From positions 2,813,258 to 2,877,257 of the forward strand of contig CM082591.2 in the NCBI GenBank assembly GCA_040954595.2: a stretch of DNA of 64,000 nucleotides. The letters run 5' to 3'. The translations under genes were made by a program, and so were the position numbers. Positions 18,502-30,713 of the stretch are shown here, piece by piece. The stretch comes from Balanoglossus misakiensis (Eukaryota; Animalia; Hemichordata). The notes beneath the pieces were generated by a model. It saw nothing but the letters and a program-made list of their open reading frames with translations. It did no database searches and was not told where the DNA came from. How positions within the stretch are numbered: position 1 is the first letter of the stretch; each line of letters starts with the position of its first letter.

Positions 18502-21500
18502 TTACGGCAGTTGGCCTTTCAATTCGAGGTGGAACAGACCTAGAGAACGAAAAGGAAAAACACATTGAGCGTTTTCTAGCAAATCAGATTTTTCACACTA
18601 TCCATTGTTTAGTCGAAAGTGTGATGTCTAGACGTAGGACGCCATGAGGTCTGTCCAACGAGATGCCAAAACGAGTCAGCTCACTTTATTACCATAAGTC
18701 AACATAGAGGGCAGTATTACAGATAGTAATGTACAAGGCATTCATTGTAACATATATTGCAGAAAGTAGCCAGTCGAATGAACATAGTTTAAAGAATATG
18801 CACATGAAGACCGAATATTTATAAACTATGAAATTTTGAACAGAATCTTACCTGCAATGGCCGACTGGAAGCCCGCGTTATAGTCCAGCGTGACTTCATT
18901 CTGGTAATAATCACTGCGTATATCTTGGTAGTTGTCGTTGATATCCGGTCCACCTACCATTGCACCGTACAGCACATGCGCATTGGGTTCGTCTGCGCTG
19001 TATGTCCCACCCCAAGTACACGGTTCCGGAGGGAGGGGGCAGGAACTGAAAGCAAGAAAATACTTGAGTGAGAAAAAAAAACGTTGCATCAAAACTCGGC
19101 TCGAACGAAAGTGTATAGCCAATAGTTTCTGTGCCAAAACCAAGGAATCAACTGTCGCGAAAGACATTGATCTGGGCATTATAGTATACCTGCTTCGATG
19201 ATGTGCTTGAACTGGCGGGTTGTCGCCAAAACCATTGATGAAACTCCGCCCTGTCCGGCCAAGGGCGTAATGTACTTGAGATTTTGCGAAGTCACGGTAT
19301 TCGTCCACGTTTAGGTTGTTTTCCGCAGCTACTAGGGCCAGAAAGGCCGTCGACACTGGAAAGAACAACAGACATGGGTTAAATTTGACCGGCTTTGAAC
19401 CAGAGCTGATGAAGTCGGGGGGGGGGGGAGGGGGGCAATTGAATACTTAGTCACCACACCACAGCATAGGTCTGATTGTTTTAATAAGCGTTCATGATTT
19501 CAAATGATAATGGGTGGACGTTGTGTTTAAGGAACGGTGAATCTTCCAGCTATGGTAGAAGTTAATGTATTTCACTCTCTTATAGCGTCGATTTTGTACA
19601 TGTATATGAATATATCAATACCAGTTAGGAATTATTTATGGAATCAGTCTGTCAATCCGTCCTTCCGTCTGTCTGTCTAGTTCTGTCAAATTACCTGCGT
19701 AGCGCAAGGAGCCCCAGTCGTCTCTGAACACGAGTCCCTTTGGAGTGTGTGCAACCTTGCCACCCGGCAGCCACTCATCAATGTATTTGGTCACTCGTTT
19801 TGAATACTCACTGTCTCCAGTCGCGTTATACAGCAATAGCTGCAAGGGAGATAGATGAAAGTGTTTGCATTAAATATTGTTGATTCAAAACATAGGGGAG
19901 TATATATCTTCCATTGCGATACATATTGACGGTCCTGATGAATTGCCGAATGAATAACCAGAGCTCCAGCCATGCAACACTGAAGAAACGTATTGTATCT
20001 AACTAAACTACTTCAACCGACTTACGTGAACGCCGGGATCTACGATCGACCAGCCAAACGCCCACGCCCGACCATTCGTCATGTGGGGATAAAACTCTTC
20101 GGTTTTGTTCAGGTAGATACTTTCGCCGGTTGCTTTGTACAGCCAGATGGACGCCCATCCGAGCTCGTCGTGATAATTAGACCCCCTGTGAAGTATATGA
20201 AAACGTATAGTTGTGGTGCCATTCTTTGTACTTGTTAAATTGTGAGTGACACACAGATTGTGGAATTGTTGTTTGTGGACGAAACTTTCCCAAGTATTTC
20301 TGTCTGTGTGTGTGTGTCTGTCTGTCTCTTCAGTTCGTTTCTCACAATGAACTGAGCGACGTGTCACGTACAGCGCCCTCGTGGCCAAAGCGCTGAAACT
20401 GTTATAACCAGTCTGCGCAGTCTCTACTGATCATATTTATAACTGCTGTACGCCACCACTGGCAGTATTTCGAAATTCCCTGGCAAGCATGATTCAGATA
20501 CTAGTACTTACGAAGTATATATTCCCTTGCCTTCTGGAAGACATTCCCTGTAGTACCCTCGGTAGTTGTCGGCAAATTCGAACAATATCTTGGATTCATT
20601 GAGCAACAGTTCGGCATACTCAGGATCTGAGGGGATAAAAATGGCGATGTTCAAAGGAAAATAAAGATACACATTTTCGGTTGTTTCGCACACATGCGCG
20701 TTACGACCTAGAGCATTTTCACGGACATTGGGGAACACGTTGAGGAAATTTAATGGAACTTACCGTAGTCGCGGAATATTATGTGAGCGGCCGCCAAAGC
20801 TGCCGACGCGTCACCAGCCAAATCGCATCCGGGAACCGTGGTATTAATTTGGTAGGCTGGTCTGGGCATATCCATGTCTTCAGGTCTTCCCCAGTAATTG
20901 TGATCGAGGTCTTTATCGGCAACCTTGGAGGAGAAGAAAACAAGATGAGTTCTGTTTATTGATGGTGGTCGTGGTGATGGTGATCATGGATGATGATGAT
21001 GATGATGACAATAAGTTTATTAATTTACTGAACGAGCAGTAAATATTTGACACATACCTGCGCGTATAGTTCGTACTGGCTCGTGTGGGATTTCAATATG
21101 AAATCAGTTCCCCATTTTATGCAGTCAAGCATGTACTCAACTTCCTCAGCTGTTTCATAGGAGTCGCGGAATTCCAGAAAACCCCAGCTTAGCACTCCCA
21201 TACTCCAGGCCATCGGGAAGAGGGACTTGATGTGGTCACCCGCTGTAATGAGGAAAAATCGACATCAAATGCCAGAATTCAAACGCCTGGCATAGATTAG
21301 TACACATGAGCACGAGTACTACGGCACTAGTGATGACGTCACCCACTTACCGTCGTAATAGCCGCCCGTCAGGTCCTCCCCGTTTCGCCCCGAGTCGTTC
21401 ATCGCCGAATCGTTGCGATAATAGATGCGATTGGTCGCCGGTAGCTCGCCAGACCGCTGGGCTTCATAGAACAACAGCGACTTGTGAATGATTTCAGTGT

Positions 21501-24500
21501 AGTTGAAACTGTCAGGGTAGTTGTCATCTGATGAAGCAACACAAACAAAACAGTGTAAACAAGTAATGACTAGAACACTTAAATATTATTTTTGCTTCAA
21601 ACTTGTTTCTTTCCCTCACTATCTCCTGCATTCAAGTATATGGATTCACTAACGCGCCATATATATATATTTTTTCTAATGCCCAACTTTCATCTCTTGC
21701 AGCCTAGCGCCATCACTGGCTCATTCTGGTTTAAAGGGCAACCAGGCGGCTATTGATAATGGGAGGAGATTGGTAAGTAACAAACTCTTATAAGATTGGT
21801 GAAATAAAACGAATGATAAAATGGGAGTTATAACTGACTGATGACAGTGATTTTTTTTCTAATTCCCAACTTTCCTTTCTTGCAGCCTGGCACCCCAACT
21901 GGCTCATCCTGGCCACCGATTAGTCCAGCAAAGGGCGACCAGGTGGCTATTGACAATGGAAGGTGATTGGTAAGTTATTACAAACTGTGTTAAGATTTGC
22001 GAAATAAAAAAATATGATAACATGAGAGTTATAATAACTGATTGATCATGACAGCGAAATGTATATCGTTTGCTTTCCAGTGAAACCAAGCGCCTAAAGC
22101 GGGCTTCGAGAACCGATTGAGTACCCGGATGCAATAACAGGTGCTGACGTCACGTTGGAACAGGTATGTGGTCGTATTACCGTCTAAGAAATTATTGTGT
22201 AATCACTCCTATGTGTGATAATTATGCGTAACTACAGAATCAATGCACATCAGAAATTTAAATTCGGTTCGCAAAGGCCCACCCTTCAGAAATCACTTCA
22301 CACTACAGACAATATAAGAGTCTAAGAGTGAAATATCGTCGGGTGTTAAAACTGTTTCACTATCCCAGGTTGTAGGCAAGATGTTACGGTCGCCAATTTC
22401 AAAAGGGCTACGTCACGAATCACATTGCTAGAATGTGACGTCTATGCACCTGTAGAACCCTGGTAGAGGGAGATGGAATCATTGGGAAATCATACATTGA
22501 CAAATTTTAACGTGGATCGCGAAATACGGTAACTAAACATCGCTGAGTGAATGAAGCGCGCTTTAATTTTGTCACATCATTACATTGATTTATCGACCAA
22601 AGCCAACCCTTATTGTACAGCTAATAGTTACTACATGTAATATTGATCGAGTTATTTTATTTTCATTCAAGTCGATTCTGGCCCTCTGGGTTATGGATGA
22701 TACGTGATTCATTCAATAGATGGTGGTTTATCAAACAAACCATTCCCTTTTAAATGGTCACGTTTTCCCAATTAACGCAATTGTTACAAGCAGCATGACA
22801 TTTCACTCTTAAAAGTTTCTGGGGGGTTTTAGTGCAGGGAAATTGTCTGCAGTGAGTGCTTTCATGGAGGGCTAGCCATTGGCAACAACTCGTATGTAAA
22901 AATCAGATTCAAGTTGTTTTCGTCTCGGTGCTTCGCTAGTTTTGAATTCGTTGGCACTAGAGTTTCTCGAATGTCCCGTTTGACAATCCCACCTGATCGT
23001 GCGGACCACGCAAAAAAATCTTCGATGCATGGGAATCAACCGCCATTACAAACAGACGCTGAGTACTTCGACCCCAGGAATTGCGGAGTTGCCAAGAGCA
23101 ATAACATATCAACGCCAATTAAAGTTTTACTGAGCCAGTGCGACTTTGCTGCGTTCCAATTGGGCGTGTAAGTAGTTCCACCAATAGCTTAACAATGGCA
23201 GTCGGTGTTTGCCATCGGATAGATTTATCAGTATCTTAATTAAACCACAAACTTGCACAGCACTTAATGATTCGCAACAAACTAACACACCTGTTCCAAT
23301 AGAGAACTCAATTGCCGTTGACGTCAGAAGTTCATTTAATTTTCTTGTAGTTAGTTCTTTGAAATTTAGCACCCTTCCTTTGTTTGTCTACATTCCCCCA
23401 CTATGTGGTTTATCATTGTATCTGTCCAAACATTGTTGGGTACGGGTTTGTTCTGTCCAAACATATATGTTTGCTGCGAGTTTGCGGTTAACTACAATGC
23501 GGATGGAGGATCTTGCCCAATCCTCAGTATTTCACTTTTGCCTCACGATGGAAAGGTCCTCTATTGTCGCATTATGTCGATATACTTAAATGAGAATTGC
23601 AGCTGTGTATATTAAGAGGTCTGCAACTTACCGCCCCCTGATAGGACCACAGCCAATGTCACGGCAACAGCAACCAGAGCGCAGCCTCCCGCAACGGCCC
23701 CCGCGATGGCCACCAGTTTTGCATTGGCTGCCAGCCATGTTGTCTTTGTTGCCGCTGAGGTCGCGGTGCCGGCCGCATTTGCTGCTCCGTTCTGCAATCA
23801 AACATTCCCATAGTGAATGTTAGAGATTGTATTGGATGGCGAGTGATGGGGAAAAAAAAACGCAGAGTGAATGAGACAGCAAGATTGTCTCGAATGTGAA
23901 ATTCAAAATGTCGCATGTTAGAAAAGCGATGGTCGATGGCTAATTCGGTTTATTTCTGTAACTAGGGACCTTCACGCGAGAAACGACACCATATCATAGG
24001 CATACAATAACGTTCCCACAGTTTTCATTAGTTGGTCTGGGAGAAATACCGTCGTATATTTCTTAGAATATATGGCAAGTATGTCGTGAATTTAGTCAAA
24101 ATAGTTTCTCTCCACATCATAGACATGCAACCATAGCACTTAGTGATATTTTTTCACTCCAACCGTCGTTGTTGGCCAATAGCGGACTGTCAAACGATAT
24201 GACGTCAGCTGAAACTATATGGTGTCGTGCGTTATTGTCAGGACTGTCAGTAACCCTTGGCTTCGTGTTTATTATGTTTGCCATGGTAGGGGTTATCGAT
24301 GACCAAATGGCATGTCTCTTGCGATTGTATTTTTGTAATGAGGTTTGAGATTGCTCTGAACCTTCACAAAGACAGGATTACGTGACACAATCCACAGAAA
24401 ACTTGGCACCAAAAGTTATTAAACTATCGAGTGTATGGCAAACAGGGCAACTTAATGAAATCACACACTGTAGGCAAAAATCAATCATTGCGAATTAAAC

Positions 24501-27500
24501 TTTCAGTCGATCCTGCCAATTTGTATTGAATTCGTCGCCACCTTGTCGAGAGAGGTATTTACGGCGTGTTTGTACTTTGGCAGAATTTAAACATCCTTCG
24601 GTTGTAAGCGTCCATAATAGGGGGAGTTTAGCAGTCTCGGTTACGGCGACTCGGGGTGATAAAACACAAACACCTTGGAAAGAAATTGAGGCAAACAGGG
24701 CCATAGGCAAGATCAAGTGGTATATAAAATGGCTGAGAGTCAAATAAAAGAATAATCGCTGGTTTTAAGTCAACAATGCAGGGTTCCAACGTGCCAGGGT
24801 TCGTGCATGGTGTTGCCAGTCGAGGCTGTCACATCTGTGCAGGAACCAAAAGACGGGTGATTATTTCAGAAGTGGGGGGAGATTGTTTCCATCAATCACC
24901 CGTGACTAAAATGCCATTGGGCATATTTGATATCTCATCAGCTACTCGCATGAAAAGAATGACTCCCATAGTTGTAGATATTAACCATTTGCACGATATT
25001 GTAATGGCAAAGTTTCGTTTGCATGCATGTGATTTCAAACCAAATCCCCACCATTAGCACATACTTCCCCACCCAACCTTCCCTCCTTCCACCCGCAACC
25101 CCACTTTGCCAGTATCAGGAAGAAAGCCCTTGGCTGGATATTTTCAGCCCAGCAGGGATAGGGGAATCTAACTGCCAGGGATAACTGTTCCATCCTAAAT
25201 CCACCCGTCCGACCACTCATCCATCCACGCATCACGATCCATCCATCCATCCACTCGCCCAACCACCCACCCACCCACCCTCCGTACAAAAAGATGCGTC
25301 TCTGTTTCATACTTTTGTACTTATTTTCCTCTAATGGCTTTCCAATTGACCGATTCATTTCTGTATCGCGGTCACTCACCACCACAATACTAACAACTCC
25401 AGGGTTCTGTAAGCTTAGCCCATTGACCTTGAAATCGAGTGGACTGAAGAGTGTAAAATAACGCTAATACCCGTGGAAGAAATCTGCCTGATTGAGTAAA
25501 CTCCACCTGAAACCTGTATCACCCACAAAAGAGACAATGCCCACCAATTCTTCCAATTTCAAACTTCAGGTGGGACGTACTTAGCGTCATGGCAACGGCC
25601 AAAACATAAGTAAAGCATACCAAACTATCACTGTAGGTTAAGGCCCGGGCTTTAGAAAAGAAATAAGCACCTGTGTAAAACATGGATGAAATTTTAAATC
25701 GCTGAAGGATTGTCATTTGGGGGTTTCCGCTGTGAATGTCGACTATAGGGATCAGATACAATGAAAGCGTTGGTGAAATGGCGAAGGGATTGACACAATT
25801 TCGTCAATGCGGATTGCAAAAGTATAGAATGAAGGGGGTACACCCGAGCGCTGTTCTCCCAGGCTGGGACTAAGAAAGAGACGGATCTTAATCCCCACTT
25901 AGTGGACCCACTTAATCTGTTTTTATAAAGTGTCTGTGTATGGCCCTGTCTGAATGGATGAATTCTTAGGATAGGTAGAGTCGTATGTCTGTATTGCAAT
26001 CGCTATGACTATGTGGAACGTACTTTAGTACATTCCCACTGGCGAAGATTTAATTTGCTGTAAGTTTGTTTACCTCTCCTTGCGTAATGTTGTTTCTAGT
26101 TTTTTTGTCATGGCACTTAATTTCGTATCCGTTACGATACAGTGGACAATATGAAAGGGAATTCTGAGATGACCTTGTTAAGGCCCTTTCTTTGAAGACA
26201 CGTTTCGCCACCTTTCTTTAAAGGCCCGATTGGCCACGTTCCCTAACCAAGCTTGCGACTGAGGCGGAGTTTCCTCTGATTGGCCCAGGAGTGTTCAAGG
26301 GGGCTCCTCGTCACAATTTACGAATCTTTCCCAAAATTAGACGTATTAACTTCTCCGAAACTGAAATATTCGGCGACGAAACGGCGCGACACTACCGCAC
26401 CGGCGCCATCATATTCGTGGCTGCTCCACAAATCATAATTTTATGTGTGGTCGTCTGTTCGTCGGAGAGAGTGCACGTGCAAAATGTACCTTTGTAATAC
26501 TGCAAGGGAGTATACCATGTGCAGTAACGATTGATGAGCAATATAGAGTTAATCTTGACAACAAATTAAACAACCCATACACGCATAATAGTATCTTTTT
26601 TATATTAATCATGCCGCAGGGTACTCGTGATGATCAGAGTTTGGAATAAATGCCTTCACACTAATCAACAGGTGAAAAACTGTGTCATTTATTCTCTGGT
26701 AATTACACCGCCGGGGTCGAAGTGTCAATGAGTCTTTGTCAAGAGTGTGAGATTTACGAGATCCATTATACCGTGGTGTACCGGACAATCTTGATGCGGC
26801 AGGTTTTGGTGCACGACTGTGGCACCTGGGAAAATTGGCCTCGCGGAATGATTTTGACGACCAGTCGTGCGTCACACCTTTAGCAAAAGCCCTCGCTTGA
26901 TATTTCAAGGCTAATAATGGCGGTCTCCCGTAGCGTAGCCTTCCAGGACACTCCGTTTATTGAAATATTGGCCAGGGCTCCGTCCTACCTCTGTGGTAGT
27001 TCCATGGTCCTACATATTCTGTATATATCGGAAGGAACCGTTTCCGTTTATTGTGTGCGAGAGTTTAGTCGGCGGGTCTAAAGCTTCTCATAATACAATC
27101 TCGTTGTAGCAACGTTAATGATATTGATCGGGATATCATGCATACTCGCCTTTTCAATGCGCCAGAAAGGTTATACCTGCATCGACTTCAGAACCAGGTA
27201 TAATCGCTACTTTGCCACAAAAGATGTATGTCATGCGAGACAACAGCGCCCCCGTTTGCTCGCGTGCTATCATTCAAGTGTGCGTACGTACATTTGCAAA
27301 AAGCAATGAGGCTGGCCTGGATCCAGCTCGTCGATCGACGTTTCGCATTGGCTAGACGAGACAAGTACAAGGGCCATTCAATATATGATAGATTTTCGAA
27401 GCGACCTACAACCAAGTTCGACCTTGCAGGCTTATCACCAAGTTGGCGAGAATTGGTACAGGCATTTTCTTTCCGTATCAGATTTTGATCAAAGTCGCGC

Positions 27501-30500
27501 ATACACAAACGCGATAACAATACAATAAATTCTAACACCGACGGGGATCCCCGTGTGGTGCTGTTAGAGAAAGCGTTGCTGATTGGCTTATAAATACAGA
27601 CTATTGCCATTTCTGATTCTTTCACTGGCCAGAATATGACGATACATCCTACCCATAACGGATCATGTCCCCCGCGTTTATAAATGTGGTCGGCGCAGTC
27701 AAACGATCGACTACAAATTGCGCCCATTTGCCGCCACCTTCGGGGTTAGATAAACACTCTACCCCGGCCTATAATTGAAAAATCGATGCCTCTAAAATTA
27801 ATAGCACGCAAATGGTGTATTTATGGCCGAAACCCATGTGTGCGACACAAAAACCAGAACTAAGAACAAAGAAGTCGTGAAAACTTAAGAGAAAATAAGC
27901 CTGGGAGTGTTCTAACATTATTTGCTGTTAAGAAACTTAATTGCGGACAATGATTTTCGTCGTAGGTTTTGGCAATGGCTACTTCGGACCGGGTTCTCCG
28001 TTTCCCAACACAAATCATAATATATTCGGACGTTCATATTATTATCAGTTTCTTGAAAACATTTTCAGGTAACTTCCAACGCCCACGCTTCGTTCTCCTT
28101 TCGCATACAATACCTTTGTTTTGAAAAAAGTCCAATATAACAACAGCGTTGTGTAAACGTAGCTACAGCATATACCTGATGCGATAACGTGAGGATGTTA
28201 TCAGTCGTATTATTTGGAGTGATTTGCAAACTATGTTATCAAAACATCATTACCAGTTCACGGTGCTGATAGTGTCAATTCACGGCTAATGCCGACAAAC
28301 ACTGGCTCAAGTGCGTCGTTCTCGTCTGTGCCATTTTACGAGCGGAACCGGTGATACAGAAAGAAACGGACGGAGTTCTAGTTGGGGGGGGGTGAGATGT
28401 GATAGCGATATGCGCGAATATAGGACATGGTCAGTTGGTCAATACGTGCGGCCAAAGAGATGGCGAGACGCTCGTGTACGCGGTGTCCAGTACTGACCAC
28501 AAAAGCCACTCAATATTTCTACCAAATCTGCATCAGGGTATCACTATATCATTTGGACACACATTCAACACAAAGTGCTTGAAAAGACCACATAAATCGC
28601 AGACAGAAGTCGAAAGACTTAATCCCTCCTAATCTCGACGTATAAATCAAACCATAGCAGCAAAACAGGCACGATTGTCTACGTTTACCGGTAAATGGCG
28701 AGAGTGCCCGGCTATGACTGCGGTACCAAAGCAGGGTTCACTCACTAATAGGGCTAGCTTACTATTGCAAGAGTAGAGAATATAATGTACTTGTACTCTA
28801 ATGTTATGGGACGAGGATGTACTGAGCAAAATTGCAATACATGTATGCCGAGATATCACACGCTGATGATCGAACGATCGAAGCAGACAGATAAAAAAAT
28901 ACGGGTCGGTAACCCTACGAGATACGAAGCGGCGGTTTCCATGACGAGAAATAACATAACACGGACAAGAGCTCAAAATACACACAGCGAAATTGTTACA
29001 TAAAGTATTACGTAATCGTAAGTGCTTCTGAAAGGGGCGCCTCCGAGACCCACTTTCCCTGAATGCTCGAATAATCTACACTGACAAGACGCATAGGCCA
29101 CAGATTTGGAGATGGTCCCAACGATTAATGAAATCGATAATTGCCGATTCAAGCGTTGGCTAATTCAGCTGTTAAAGACTGACCGTCGATAATGAGCGGA
29201 GAACGCCATTTTGTCGTGCGTTCGCTTTCTTTAGTCCCATTGTTGTCCCCACATTAAAAATGATTAAACCAATAGTTTACTTTAGAAAGCTTCATAGCGC
29301 ACAGACCCCCTGCTGATTGTGGTTCTATTGCTTGAAATAATACAATCGATTAGTTAATAGCTCTGTAGATAAATAGACGATGGTATGAATGAGTTTTGAC
29401 TCCCATTTCATCCTGGCTTATTTGAATACCAACCGTTTTACCCCCTTTTGGGATAAGCGCTAATCTCGTGTGGGCGTATTGGCCAGTCGAGGAGTTCATC
29501 TACTCGTTTGTCTTGACAGCGAATAACGTTCTTATTTGTTTTGATTACACTGGAGTAGAACAAAACAAATACGTGGTCGCACTTCAACTTCAAGAAGTAA
29601 TCACAGGCTACGGAAATAGCGATGCTAATCCGTCTGTTGGCCATGCAACGGTCCAAGAGTGTACCGTCAACCCGGCCAATTTTACGCGAACGCGCCTCTC
29701 TCAACCCATGACTGACGCGTGACCGGACGCAGCGTGGTTTTCACCGCGGATGCTTCGAATTCGCCGGGCTGAACACATCGCCATGGACACTCTTTGTACA
29801 GTGCATGCCTTAGATTTTCTGGCATGACAAACCAAGACAGTTTAATTCAGCTTCAGTCACGTTTGTTTTCTGCACGACCCCTCAGGGCTGCGGCACAGAT
29901 CATTCTTTTACGCTCATAGCACATGTTGTCTTTTCATTCCCTTTTAAGAGCAGATACTCGGATCAGTAAACCACTAGTATTTGGCGAGATTATTTCACGA
30001 CAGTCGTTGCACGCACTAAATATAACCTAACAGTGTCAGATACAGTCAAATACGCCATAAAATCGATAACTTTAAAACTTGACTTCTCTGGACCTTTAGC
30101 AAACGAACTGCCAACTATCGTGACCGGCATACCAGATTCGTGTCAACGTCTGCATACCGACACCCCAGTCTTGGAATTTCCGCGCATTCGAATCGATTGA
30201 TACATTGCGGATATTAAATGAATTTTGATTTCAATTCGGTTTCTGGAGCGCATTCAATATATTGTGTCACCGTTTCCTAATTGTGCGGTTTCAAGGCGAT
30301 GGTAACACCGGGAACGATAAAAAATTCATTTAATTATTGTGTCGCTCTCTTCCGCGACCAATAATGTCGGACACGATGTCGCTTTCATTTCGATCAACTA
30401 TTAATAAGATTTCAATTTCCGCACAAATTCGAACATTCGTCGTCTCGTTGGAAATGGTTACATTATTTATACTGGAGAGTGTGGATTGTCGTCAAAGATG

Positions 30501-30713
30501 CAGAATTTGTCATGAACGTTAACATTGTCGCCAGATTATATAAATGAACAACAAGACAAACCGAAACAAAAATTAATTAAAGACATTATTTTTGGAAACG
30601 ACGATAGACTCGGAAAAAATGTACGTTTTACTCACGGATGCTTTTCCAGCCGCGTCGACGCCGTTTGCCGTTCCCGGTTCCACCTTGGGAACCACTTTGT
30701 TCTTTGAACTCAT
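18502..30713 (-). CDS. Glycoside hydrolase family 9 endo-beta-1,4-glucanase (cellulase) with N-terminal signal-anchor
   Basis: Catalytic-domain exons give KSLLFYEAQRSG, DLTGGYYD|AGDHIK, WGTDFILKSH, YWGRPEDM, DELGWASIWLYKATG, TPKGLVFRDDWGSLRYA, PPVQAHHRS, LYGAMVGGPD..D.Y.D.RSDY..NEVTLDYNAG, ending GLFHLELKGQLP* (TAA 18502-18504). Upstream phase-compatible exons at 30713-30636 (MSSKNKVVPKVEPGTANGVDAAGKAS) and about 23791-23632 (NGAANAAG...KLVAIAGAVAGGCALVAVAVTLAVVLSGG) join in frame. The catalytic domain is very secure; the 5' exons are somewhat less so. Confidence 0.9.
21671..22060 (+). repeat. Diverged tandem duplication (~180-200 bp x2) inside a GH9 intron
   Basis: Both copies read tttttctaat.cccaacttt...ttgcagcct.gc...ctggctcat...aaagggc.accagg.ggctattga.aatgg.agg.gattggtaagt...caaact...taagatt...gaaataaaa...atgataa..atg.gagttataa. 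Confidence 0.85.
25640..25990 (-). mobile_element. Possible highly degenerate non-LTR retrotransposon RT fragment
   Basis: Stitching across frameshifts gives LYKN..S....GLRSVSFLV...GC.PL..ILFAIRIDE...SLR...SMFY, loosely like the LINE RT motifs LY.N..S.V..NG..S..F.V..GVRQGCPLSP.LF.I.ID and LLYADD. Weak. Confidence 0.22.
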
